A DNA stretch of 64,000 nt from NCBI GenBank assembly GCA_949292335.1, contig CASEYY010000031.1, positions 1,075 through 65,074 on the forward strand. The letters run 5' to 3'. Origin of the DNA: an uncultured Pseudomonadota bacterium (GTDB lineage: Bacteria > Pseudomonadota > Alphaproteobacteria > RF32 > CAG-239). This document shows, in pieces, positions 19,953 to 29,311 of this stretch. The position numbers and the translations under genes are program-made. Below the pieces are notes generated by a model. The model searched no databases and was not told the DNA's origin. It saw only the letters and a program-made list of their open reading frames with translations. How positions within the stretch are numbered: position 1 is the first letter of the stretch; the number at the start of each line of letters is the position of its first letter.

Positions 19953-20978
19953 ATGATACAAAAAAGCGAAACCACCACTTATTACGATGTTGTCGGTATT
20001 GGTAATGCGATAGTAGATGTACTGGCCAAAGTCGGTGATATGTTTTTAAGCGAACGCGATTTACCCAAAAGTTGCATGACCCTGCTTAATGCCCAAGATG
20101 CCGGTAAGATTTATGCCGACATTGTTCCCGAACGCGAAGTTTCGGGCGGTTCGGCAGCCAACACGGTAGCAGGCCTTGCCTCATTGGGCGGAGCCCCTGC
20201 CTTTATCGGCAAAGTCCATGACGACGAGCTCGGCCAAGAATTCACCCGCGATATCGGAGCCGCCGGCGTTGACTTTTTTACCAAACCTTTAAATGAAGGC
20301 CCCGTAACCGGTCGTTCCATTGTTTTAGTAACCCCTGACGCCATGCGTTCAATGTTTACCTATCTTGGTGCCAACACGCATTTAAGTGTTGAAGATATTG
20401 ACGAAAACATAATTAAATCTAGCCGTATAACCTATCTCGAAGGCTATATATTTGACTACGAGCAAGGTTTTGACATTGCCGAAAAGGCCGCCAAAATTGC
20501 TAAAGATAACGGCAGACAGGTAGCCTTCTCATTATCTGATATAAGCTGTGTTAACGGCAAACAGGCAAAGTTTATCGAATTTATCCAGAATTATGTGGAC
20601 ATTATCTTTGCCAACGACGCCGAAATCAGAGCTTTATTCGGCAAAGACGACTTTTTGGAATGTCTTGATTTGATTAAGCCTATGGTTGAAATTGCTGCCA
20701 TCACTCGTGGAGAGAAAGGCTCGGTTATAGTCAATGGCCGTACCAAAACTTTTGTTGAAGCCGAAACTGTTGAAAATGTGGTTGACACTACCGGTGCCGG
20801 TGATTTATATGCCGCAGGCTTTCTGTTTGGCCTTACCCAAGGTCGCTCTTTGGGCACTTGTGCCATCATCGGCTCTATTGCCGCCGCCGAGGTCATCACC
20901 CACTACGGAGCTCGTCCGGAAGTAAGCTTACGCGGTTTGGTCAGAAACAAATTACTTTCTTACGGCAAACAAGCTTAA
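19953..20978 (+). CDS. PfkB-family carbohydrate/nucleoside kinase (adenosine kinase-like)
   Basis: Ribokinase-fold motifs (GG.AANTA ... DTTGAGDLYAAGFLFG). Confidence 0.75.
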   Translation: MIQKSETTTYYDVVGIGNAIVDVLAKVGDMFLSERDLPKSCMTLLNAQDAGKIYADIVPEREVSGGSAANTVAGLASLGGAPAFIGKVHDDELGQEFTRDIGAAGVDFFTKPLNEGPVTGRSIVLVTPDAMRSMFTYLGANTHLSVEDIDENIIKSSRITYLEGYIFDYEQGFDIAEKAAKIAKDNGRQVAFSLSDISCVNGKQAKFIEFIQNYVDIIFANDAEIRALFGKDDFLECLDLIKPMVEIAAITRGEKGSVIVNGRTKTFVEAETVENVVDTTGAGDLYAAGFLFGLTQGRSLGTCAIIGSIAAAEVITHYGARPEVSLRGLVRNKLLSYGKQA

Positions 20979-20983
20979 AAAGG

Positions 20984-21020
20984 CTTAGTTGGCAAAAAAA
21001 TGATTTTTTTGCCAACTAAG
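20984..21020 (+). terminator. 17-bp perfect palindrome cttagttggcaaaaaaa-tga-tttttttgccaactaag (terminator-like; no canonical distal U-tract)
   Basis: Read directly. Alternatively a protein-binding palindrome. Confidence 0.4.
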
Positions 21021-21146
21021 GTGTTGAAATTTAAAATCAAAAGAGTATTGTAAGGCGAATTAACAAAAATACCTACTATAATCGCCGCGGCTTTTATTAT
21101 CGGAAGCCGTGCGGTTTTTGAGAGTTAAAGTTTTAGGAACAAAAAC

Positions 21147-22964
21147 ATGAATATGAGAAATATTGCCATCATTGCCCACGTTGACCACGGCAAAACCACC
21201 ATGGTTGACGGTCTTTTGAAACAAAGCGGCACTTTTAGAGATAACCAACAGGTTGAAACCTGTGTTATGGATAGCAATGAGCTTGAACGCGAAAGAGGCA
21301 TTACCATTTTATCAAAATGCACTTCCGTAAACTGGAACGGCACCCACATCAATATCGTCGACACCCCCGGCCACGCAGACTTCGGCGGTGAGGTAGAACG
21401 CATTTTATCAATGGTTGACGGTGTTATATTGTTGGTTGACTCTTCCGAAGGTCCCATGCCGCAAACCAAATTTGTTTTGGGTAAAGCACTAAAATTGGGA
21501 TTATGCCCGATTGTAGTTATTAACAAAGCCGACAAACCCGATGCTCGTTGTGATGAAGTCTTAAATGAAATTTTTGACTTGTTTGTCAGCCTAGACGCTA
21601 ACGACAAACAACTTGATTTTCCGGTATTATATGCTTCCGGACGCAATGGTTGGGCCGTTAAAGAATTATCCGATGAAAAGAAAGATTTAACTCCGCTGTT
21701 TGAAATGATTTGCTCTTATGTACCGGAGCCTAACTGCGATCCCGATGCACCTTTTTCAATGTTGGCCACCACTCTTGAAGCCAACAAATTCATCGGCCGT
21801 CTGCTTACCGGTAAAATTCAATCAGGTACCTTGCATGTTAACGATACCGTTAAGGTCTTAAACAGCGAAAACCAAGAAATAGAGCGCGTCCGCATCAGCA
21901 AAATTTTGGCTTACCGTGGTTTAAGCCGCGACAGCCTTGAGGTTGCCCATGCCGGAGATATCGTAGCTGTAGCCGGTGTAGTAAAAGGCACCGTTGCCGA
22001 TACCATTTGCGCTTTTGAAGTAAATGAAGCCATCAAAGCTCAACCTATTGACCCTCCGACATTGGCAATGACTTTCTCAATCAACGATTCTCCTTTGTCT
22101 GGTCGCGAAGGCGACAAAGTAACTTCTCGTATGATATGGGATAGATTATGCAAAGAAGCCGAAGGAAACATTGCCCTAAAGATTGCCCGCACCGATAGCA
22201 GCGATTCTTTCGAAGTTGCCGGCCGCGGTGAATTGCAGCTCGGGGTTTTAATCGAAACCATGCGCCGCGAAGGATTTGAGCTTTCAATTTCTCGCCCCAG
22301 AGTTTTGATGAAAAAAGATGAAAACGGACAGCTTTTAGAGCCGATAGAAGAAGTTGTTGTTGATGTTGACGATGAATTTTCTGGTGCCGTAGTAGAAAAA
22401 TTAGGTTCTCGTCGTGCCGAATTGGTAGAAATGATACCATCTCAAGCCGGAAACAAGTGTCGTTTGATATTCAACGCTCCGTCCCGCGGTCTAATCGGTT
22501 ACCATTCCGAATTTTTGACCGACACCAGAGGCACCGGCGTCATGAACCGTATTTTCAAAGACTATGAACCCTACAAAGGCGAAATTGACAGCCGCCGCAA
22601 TGGTGTGTTGATTTCTTCTGAAACCGGTACTGCTATTGCTTATTCATTGTGGAAATTGCAAGACCGCGGACCGATGTTTATTGACCCCGGTGTACCGGTT
22701 TATACCGGTATGATTATCGGTGAACACACCAAGCCCAATGACTTGGAAGTAAATCCTTGCAAAGCCAAGCAATTAACCAACATTCGTGCCGCCGGTAAAG
22801 ACGAAGCCATTGACTTGATACCGCCGCGTAAACTCACTTTGGAACAAGGCTTGTCCTATATCCAAGAAGACGAACTTTTGGAAGTAACCCCGAAAACGCT
22901 TCGTTTACGCAAACGCATTCTTGACCCGATTGCTCGTCGCCGTGCCAAACCGGAAGTTATTTAA
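21147..22964 (+). CDS. typA: translational GTPase TypA/BipA
   Basis: IRNIAIIAHVDHGKTT...DTPGHADFGGEVER...NKADKP G-domain. EF-G-like domains follow. Length 605 aa. Confidence 0.93.
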   Translation: MNMRNIAIIAHVDHGKTTMVDGLLKQSGTFRDNQQVETCVMDSNELERERGITILSKCTSVNWNGTHINIVDTPGHADFGGEVERILSMVDGVILLVDSSEGPMPQTKFVLGKALKLGLCPIVVINKADKPDARCDEVLNEIFDLFVSLDANDKQLDFPVLYASGRNGWAVKELSDEKKDLTPLFEMICSYVPEPNCDPDAPFSMLATTLEANKFIGRLLTGKIQSGTLHVNDTVKVLNSENQEIERVRISKILAYRGLSRDSLEVAHAGDIVAVAGVVKGTVADTICAFEVNEAIKAQPIDPPTLAMTFSINDSPLSGREGDKVTSRMIWDRLCKEAEGNIALKIARTDSSDSFEVAGRGELQLGVLIETMRREGFELSISRPRVLMKKDENGQLLEPIEEVVVDVDDEFSGAVVEKLGSRRAELVEMIPSQAGNKCRLIFNAPSRGLIGYHSEFLTDTRGTGVMNRIFKDYEPYKGEIDSRRNGVLISSETGTAIAYSLWKLQDRGPMFIDPGVPVYTGMIIGEHTKPNDLEVNPCKAKQLTNIRAAGKDEAIDLIPPRKLTLEQGLSYIQEDELLEVTPKTLRLRKRILDPIARRRAKPEVI

Positions 22965-22967
22965 CGA

Positions 22968-23006
22968 CAAAAAAGCCCGCAAACAAAGACCTGCGGGCTT
23001 TTCTTT
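22968..23006. terminator. bidirectional terminator (agcccgca/tgcgggct)
   Basis: Stem with an A-run before and TTTTCTTT after. Confidence 0.55.
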
Positions 23007-23024
23007 ATTATCAGCACACTCAAA

Positions 23025-23870
23025 CTATCTTCCGTCGCGTCCTCGCTGATTAACCGGAGCCCTTACTCTGGAGACCGGAACACTTCTTGAGTTATCCCGT
23101 CCGCTCAGACCGAGCAACCGCTTAAACCCTGCAATATTTTGTCCGATTTGCTGAGATAATCTTCCTGGATTTTTCTTGCGTTCCCCCATACCCAATCTTT
23201 CTTCAATCTTTTTATTAGCTTCGGCAATTCTGGATAAGTTTTTTTCATTCAAAATACCCATAGCTTCCAAGTTATCATGAATACGCAAAGCCGCCCTGTC
23301 TGCCACCTCTCTAAACTTTCCTTGAGCAAGCAATTTAACGCCTGTTTTAATATCATTAGTTTTTCGCAATATATCTTGTTTAAAATCAGCGGTAATATTT
23401 TTCATGTCACGAGCAAAAGCCTGTGCTAAGTTCTTAAACGACGATTTTTCCAGACTCTCTTTATTAGCTTTAATAATGGCTTCTGTTTCTTCCTTCGACA
23501 ATAGAACTTCGTTACCATTTACACCGTAACCGACAACTCTACTGCCATTTTTGTTCGTTGTTACCCTAATTTGTCTGAGTCCCGGATGTTTTTTAAACAC
23601 CTCTGACAAGCTGTTGCTCTTGTCTTTCTCTTGTTTTCCGGCTGTTTCAGTCTTCTCATCGGATTTGCCTTTGGCATCAACTTTTTCATTATTAAAAGAA
23701 GCTCCGTATACCTTAGCTGCATTCACTATCTCGGCCGGTGCCGGAGTATTGACAATATTTCCGTTTTTATCAATGCCTCGATAAGAAATATTGCCATCAA
23801 CCCAAGAAGCTTCCCAAGACACACCATTGGTATCAGTAGCACTAAACGAAGGGGTATTCATATCAGCCAT
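23025..23870 (-). CDS. hypothetical protein, 281 aa, no signal peptide, Lys/Glu-rich, RG-rich C-terminus
   Basis: ORF only. No recognisable domain. Confidence 0.45.
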   Translation of the reverse strand: MADMNTPSFSATDTNGVSWEASWVDGNISYRGIDKNGNIVNTPAPAEIVNAAKVYGASFNNEKVDAKGKSDEKTETAGKQEKDKSNSLSEVFKKHPGLRQIRVTTNKNGSRVVGYGVNGNEVLLSKEETEAIIKANKESLEKSSFKNLAQAFARDMKNITADFKQDILRKTNDIKTGVKLLAQGKFREVADRAALRIHDNLEAMGILNEKNLSRIAEANKKIEERLGMGERKKNPGRLSQQIGQNIAGFKRLLGLSGRDNSRSVPVSRVRAPVNQRGRDGR

Positions 23871-24046
23871 ATTTTTTCTCCTGCAAACTCTTTTGTCTAT
23901 TATAGCAAAAAAATAATTATGATGTCAAATTATTAAGTTTGGCAAAATAAAAAATAATCAACAATCATTGTTCTTTATGGTTTTAATATCAAAAAAATCG
24001 TCTATAATCGCTTGCAAACAAATAAATATAAAAACGGCAAAATAAA

Positions 24047-25630
24047 ATGAATCTTTTTAAGTCTATCGCCACCTTTGGCGGCTTTACATTGTTGTCGCGT
24101 ATCACCGGTTTTTTCCGCGATATGATTTTGGCCAATTACCTCGGAGCCGGCATGGCCGCCGACGCATTTTTTGTAGCTTTCAAATTACCCAATTTGTTCC
24201 GTTCGCTATTTGCCGAAGGAGCCTTTACGGCGGCCTTTGTCCCCATGATGTCACAAAAATTTGCCTCCGGCGATAAAAAGCAAGCCATATCATTTGCCGC
24301 TCGTGCCATATCTTTATTGGCTTTTGTTTTAGCTATATTTGTTTTGCTGGTAGAGTTTTTTATGCCCTATCTGGTTGCCGTACTGGCACCCGGTTTTGCC
24401 GGAGACGCCGGCAAGCTTGAACTTGCGGCCGAGCTTTCGCGTATAACTTTTCCGTTTTTGTTGTTTATTTCAATAGTTTCGTTCCAATCCGGCATTCTCA
24501 ATTCGCTCAATAAGTTTGCCGCTCCGGCCGCCGCTCCGGTAATTCTCAATCTGATGATGATAATATCGGTATTTGTCTTTGTTCCGTTTTCGCCCTCCAC
24601 CGCTCATGGCATAGCTTTTAGTGTTACCGCCGCCGGCTTTATCGAAATTTTATGGTTGATGTTTTTTCTAAAACGGCAAGACATTGTCATCAAGCCGCAA
24701 TATAATCTTGGCAACATTGTCCGCGACAGTGAAATCCGTACCCTGTTTAAACGCATAGCCCCCGGAGTATTAGGTGCCGGTGTTTACCAAATCAACATGG
24801 TGGTTGATACCATTTTAGTCTCGTTGGTTGGAACCGGAGCAATCTCTTGGCTATACTACGCCAATCGCTTACAACAACTTCCCTTAGGCGTGGTCGGTGC
24901 GGCCATTGGAGTTGCGGTTTTGCCGATTTTATCGCGTCACATCAAAGCAAATGACACCGAGCAAGCTCGCCAAGTCCAAAGCAAAGCCGTTGAATACGGA
25001 GCACTGCTGTCGATTCCGGCCGCTGTCGCTTTGATAATTTTGGCACAACCGATAATCAACATTTTATTCCAGCACGGCAAATTCGGCTACCAAGAAACCG
25101 TTATGACTTCCAAAGCCCTTGTCGCCTACGCGATAGGTCTGCCGGCCTATGTTTTGGTAAAATCCCTAACTCCCAACTTTTTTGCCCGCGGCGATACCAA
25201 AACTCCGGTCAAATACAGCATTGTGGTTTTATTGGTAAATTTGGCCTTTTCGGTTATTTTAATGATACCGTTCGGTCATGTCGGCATCGCCTCGGCAACC
25301 ACCGTTGCCGCTTTTGTTTCACTGTGGCAATACTATCACGGCCTCAAAAAAAGAGGATTTTGGCAATGGTCAAAAGAGCTATCGGTAAAAACCGTTAAAA
25401 TAATCGTCTGCTCACTCATCATGGGTCTTGTTCTTGAAGCAATAAATTATGGACTAAATCTGCAATATACTAACTGGCTGCATTTAAATTTTTGGCCCAA
25501 GCTTATATTATTTGCATTAATATGTTTTTTGGGCTTTATAACTTTTATTTTGTGTGCTAAGCTTTGTCATCTGATGGACTTTTGGGCAATAATAAAAGGA
25601 TTGAGCAAAAAAGGAAACGCAAATGCCTAA
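24047..25630 (+). CDS. murJ: lipid II flippase MurJ (MviN)
   Basis: GFFRDMILANYLGAGMAADAFFVAFKLPNLFRSLFAEGAFTAAFVPM is the N-terminal MurJ signature. 14 TM segments. Confidence 0.9.
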   Translation: MNLFKSIATFGGFTLLSRITGFFRDMILANYLGAGMAADAFFVAFKLPNLFRSLFAEGAFTAAFVPMMSQKFASGDKKQAISFAARAISLLAFVLAIFVLLVEFFMPYLVAVLAPGFAGDAGKLELAAELSRITFPFLLFISIVSFQSGILNSLNKFAAPAAAPVILNLMMIISVFVFVPFSPSTAHGIAFSVTAAGFIEILWLMFFLKRQDIVIKPQYNLGNIVRDSEIRTLFKRIAPGVLGAGVYQINMVVDTILVSLVGTGAISWLYYANRLQQLPLGVVGAAIGVAVLPILSRHIKANDTEQARQVQSKAVEYGALLSIPAAVALIILAQPIINILFQHGKFGYQETVMTSKALVAYAIGLPAYVLVKSLTPNFFARGDTKTPVKYSIVVLLVNLAFSVILMIPFGHVGIASATTVAAFVSLWQYYHGLKKRGFWQWSKELSVKTVKIIVCSLIMGLVLEAINYGLNLQYTNWLHLNFWPKLILFALICFLGFITFILCAKLCHLMDFWAIIKGLSKKGNANA

Positions 25631-26642
25631 ATTTAAGTTTCAAGGGATAACCGAAATCTTAAACAATACATTTCACCGACTGATATCATCGCTCACATTG
25701 GCGACTCAGAAAGGAATTTCTGCGATTAAACAGGCCGATATTTCTTTTTGGAAAATGATATTTGGTGGCTTACTTATTATATTGTTCTTATATTACGGTA
25801 TCGGAGGAATTTCCATCAGCAGCATTGATACTTCATCTTCCTATCTCCCCAAAAGCAAAGACAAATCATTGGCGGTTGTTGACATGAGCTCGCACCTGAT
25901 TAATCGCGAGGTTTATCATAAAATATGGACGCCCAATCTCCCTTTCATGTTTCCGTCGTACTTTCTGGACAATATGCCCAATTTCCAATTAGGCTTGATG
26001 AGTGCCATAAGCAAAACCATATCGGTATTTCCCCGCCTCATAATCACATATGAAAACGACACTCTGTCACAGAATTTGTCTGAAGCTGCCAACCTTTTGC
26101 AATACCCGGGCAATGTTTGGTTATTTTCGTCTGATAACCGACTGGCACCCTCATCAAGCACCCAGTACAAAAAAGGCCGCAAAAAGCTCAACCGGTTCAA
26201 CCAAGAAATTGCCCAAGGACAGATAATATTTCAAGCAACACCTGACAACCTATTACTGATATTAACGGCAATCAAGGCCGACATAACCAAACAAATTTTG
26301 CGAACCGATTCCCATATTCGCGAATATCAAAAATCACTTATCGACACTAAAGCCGATGATATTTTCTACTATGATTTAGGCAAATTATACGGATATTCTC
26401 AAATACTAAAAGCCTTAGGGCGTGATTTCAAAGATGTGTTGGTAAAAGAAGATATTTACCAACAATGGACCGGTTTGTTAAAAAATCTGGAATTAGCCTC
26501 CGACCTCAATCCGAGTATAGTTCGCAACGGCAAGCTAAACTCCAGTTTTTCGCCCAACCATTTGGCCACGATTAACTATTTTGCCTCCCGCAGTATCAAT
26601 ATCTTAGATGAAATAATAAATCATCTTAAACAAACGGAATAA
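25623..26642 (+). CDS. hypothetical membrane-anchored protein, translationally coupled to murJ
   Basis: Start overlaps the murJ stop by 8 nt. One N-terminal TM helix (FGGLLIILFLYYGIGGISI). No assignable domain. Confidence 0.5.
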   Translation: MPKFKFQGITEILNNTFHRLISSLTLATQKGISAIKQADISFWKMIFGGLLIILFLYYGIGGISISSIDTSSSYLPKSKDKSLAVVDMSSHLINREVYHKIWTPNLPFMFPSYFLDNMPNFQLGLMSAISKTISVFPRLIITYENDTLSQNLSEAANLLQYPGNVWLFSSDNRLAPSSSTQYKKGRKKLNRFNQEIAQGQIIFQATPDNLLLILTAIKADITKQILRTDSHIREYQKSLIDTKADDIFYYDLGKLYGYSQILKALGRDFKDVLVKEDIYQQWTGLLKNLELASDLNPSIVRNGKLNSSFSPNHLATINYFASRSINILDEIINHLKQTE

Positions 26643-26646
26643 AATC

Positions 26647-27189
26647 ATGATCATAGAAGTCCAAGAAACACCGGATACAAACATTGTCAATTTCTTTCCA
26701 TCGGAAAGTATTTTACGCAGCGGCACGGCCGAATTTGTTGACGCTAAATCTTTGCGTCGCTCGCCCTTGGCCGAACATATATTTGACTTAGGCGGGATCA
26801 AATCACTTTTCATCACCTCGGATATGATATCTGTCACCAAAAACGATGACAGCGATTGGGAAAGCTTAAAACCTCTGATTATGGCCGAAATAATGGACTA
26901 TTTTTCAACCGGAGAAGAAGTCCTTCCGGAAAGTGCAACCGCCAGAGATGATGTTACGGCTCAGATTATATCGCTTTTGGATGCCCGTATTCGACCGGCG
27001 GTAAAAAAAGACGGCGGCGACATAAAATTTATCAATTATGCCGATGGTATTGTCACCGTAGAAATGCAAGGAGCCTGCAAAGGCTGTCCTTATGCTATGC
27101 GAACATTAAAAGACGGAGTTGAACGGATATTAAAGACCTACATTCCGCAAGTAACGGAGGTTCGTAATCTTGAAACTGCCGAGGAATAG
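26647..27189 (+). CDS. NifU-family Fe-S cluster scaffold (Nfu_N + NifU C-terminal domain)
   Basis: C-terminal CKGCPYAMRTLKDGVERIL (CxxC NifU motif). Nfu_N-like N-terminal half. Confidence 0.8.
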   Translation: MIIEVQETPDTNIVNFFPSESILRSGTAEFVDAKSLRRSPLAEHIFDLGGIKSLFITSDMISVTKNDDSDWESLKPLIMAEIMDYFSTGEEVLPESATARDDVTAQIISLLDARIRPAVKKDGGDIKFINYADGIVTVEMQGACKGCPYAMRTLKDGVERILKTYIPQVTEVRNLETAEE

Positions 27190-28111
27190 CCTTTTTGCCA
27201 TAATATTTTTCGCACAGATATTTTTTTCTGTGTCGGTTTGTGCGGAAGAAATATGGCTGAAAGACATACCTCTTAAAGAACTGCAATCCCTATATTCAAA
27301 AGTAGGCTATGACGGCGAGAAAGGCTATCTCATGCTCCCCTCGTATCGATACCCGGCCATCTACCTCAAAAACTTTCCGACAGACTACAATGATTTAACA
27401 GATGAAAAAGAACGCAATACCTTATTTATAAAAATACTTACCCCGCTTGCCTTACGATTAAATCAAGAAATCCTAAAAGAGAGAGCAGAAATATCGGCAA
27501 TTTCGCAAAAATTCAACCGCGGCGAAGAACTGTCTTCTGCGGACATATCTCTTATTGAAGAACAGTCCGTCAAATACGATGTATTCACAAGATTGAAAGG
27601 ACAAGAACGGTATAACAATCTTCTCAAAGAATTATTGGTAAGAGTTGACCAAATTCCCCCTTCAATAATGATAACCGCCGCGGCTATCGAAACCAACTGG
27701 GGAACCTCAAGGATAGTAAAAGAAGGCAATTCCTTGTACAAGCAACTTGTTTGGCACACCGACCAAGGATTAAAGCCGCTTGGTGAGACGGAAGATGACA
27801 GCTACCGCATAAAAACCTATCCCGATATATATACCTCAATGCAAGAATTTGCTCTAAAGATTAACTCGACACCTACATTCAAGAGCCTACGCAATTTTCG
27901 CCGCGAACGCCGGGAACGCACCTCCAATATGTCGGGGCTGATTTTAGCTCCGTATGTTTACGGCAGCTCAAATTTAAAGAATTATGCCGGTATTTTTGAC
28001 TATACGCTTGCCTACTATGAACTGATAACTATAGACAAATCCCAAATAGATGATACGATGGTAGGCAAAGCCGCATTAAAAAAATATGCAAGATATGTAA
28101 CAAAAATGTAA
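27170..28111 (+). CDS. secreted Bax/FlgJ-type glucosaminidase-domain protein (putative)
   Basis: Signal peptide. AAAIETNWGTSR resembles the glucosaminidase (GH73) AALE.GWG.S motif. Confidence 0.45.
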   Translation: MKLPRNSLFAIIFFAQIFFSVSVCAEEIWLKDIPLKELQSLYSKVGYDGEKGYLMLPSYRYPAIYLKNFPTDYNDLTDEKERNTLFIKILTPLALRLNQEILKERAEISAISQKFNRGEELSSADISLIEEQSVKYDVFTRLKGQERYNNLLKELLVRVDQIPPSIMITAAAIETNWGTSRIVKEGNSLYKQLVWHTDQGLKPLGETEDDSYRIKTYPDIYTSMQEFALKINSTPTFKSLRNFRRERRERTSNMSGLILAPYVYGSSNLKNYAGIFDYTLAYYELITIDKSQIDDTMVGKAALKKYARYVTKM

Positions 28112-28181
28112 TTAGTCATTAACCATTTTTTGTTATAAGATAAAACTATAGAAGCTTCGACTGATTTAAGGGAGCCTGACC

Positions 28182-29288
28182 ATGAGCAAAAACGACCTGA
28201 GTATGCAAGATGTTACCGACTTAGCTCAAGATGTTTCATCGGAGAGCAAGTCTATTATTGCTCGCAAAGTAAGTCTTTTCTACCAAGACAAAGATATTTC
28301 ACCGCAGGCGGTAAAATTAGCCGAAGACATTTTTAGATTAATGGTTCACGATGCCGAGATTAAGGTTCGCGAAGTTTTGTCCGACAGCCTAAAGCATTGT
28401 TCTGATTTGCCCGAAGACATAGTAAGCAGCATTATTAACGACCGCGACAGCATAGCCGTTCCGTTTTTACAGTACTATGAATCCTTAAGTAATGAAGATA
28501 TGCTCAAAATCTTGAGTATGCCCGGTATCAACCGTCAAAAAGCCATCGCTAAACGTTCCGGCTTATCGGCCGATATTTCGGAATATATCGCCGACAAATG
28601 CTCCGGAGAAGTAGTAGGCGAGCTTGTATCCAACGATAAAGCGGAGATCAGAGAATCAACTCTAAACACTATTGCCGTAAAGTATTCCGAAAACGACGAT
28701 ATCAAGCAACGGCTTGTATACCGCTCTGAGCTTCCGGTTTCGGTAATCGAAAAAATAGTAGATAAGCTTTCCTACAAATTAAAAACTCACCTAATCTTAC
28801 AGCATAACCTACCCAAAGATTTGGCATCAAATCTTGTAGATGAGGTCAAAGAAAAAATCACCTTGAGTATATCGGAAGAATATTCATCCGATAACCAAAT
28901 TGAAGAATTAGTTCACCAGCTATACAAGGCCAATCGCCTCACCCCGGGTTTAGTTGTCCGTTCAATATGTTTGGGTGATTTAAAGTTTTTTGAATATGCA
29001 CTTGTCTACTTATCAGAAACTCCGATTGCAGAAGTACGGAAAATACTATTCAACAACAAAACCGATTTTATGATACGCAATCTGCTTCGTAAGGCCTTTA
29101 TCCCCAAAAATGTATTTCCGGCCATTTTCAGTGCATTAAAGGTTATACAGGAGATTCGTTTTGATTGTGCCCGCTCCGACCGCAAGGCTTTTGGTCACAA
29201 GGTTATTGAAAGGATTTTGAGCTTTACGCAGAAAAATGATGAACTAAGTCCCGAAGATATCAAATATCTGGTATCAAAGATAAATTGA
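28182..29288 (+). CDS. hypothetical alpha-helical protein (possibly DUF2336-like)
   Basis: 368 aa, helical-repeat character. Assignment from memory only. Confidence 0.35.
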   Translation: MSKNDLSMQDVTDLAQDVSSESKSIIARKVSLFYQDKDISPQAVKLAEDIFRLMVHDAEIKVREVLSDSLKHCSDLPEDIVSSIINDRDSIAVPFLQYYESLSNEDMLKILSMPGINRQKAIAKRSGLSADISEYIADKCSGEVVGELVSNDKAEIRESTLNTIAVKYSENDDIKQRLVYRSELPVSVIEKIVDKLSYKLKTHLILQHNLPKDLASNLVDEVKEKITLSISEEYSSDNQIEELVHQLYKANRLTPGLVVRSICLGDLKFFEYALVYLSETPIAEVRKILFNNKTDFMIRNLLRKAFIPKNVFPAIFSALKVIQEIRFDCARSDRKAFGHKVIERILSFTQKNDELSPEDIKYLVSKIN

Positions 29289-29311
29289 TTTGTCTAGCAC
29301 TGGAGCAATAA

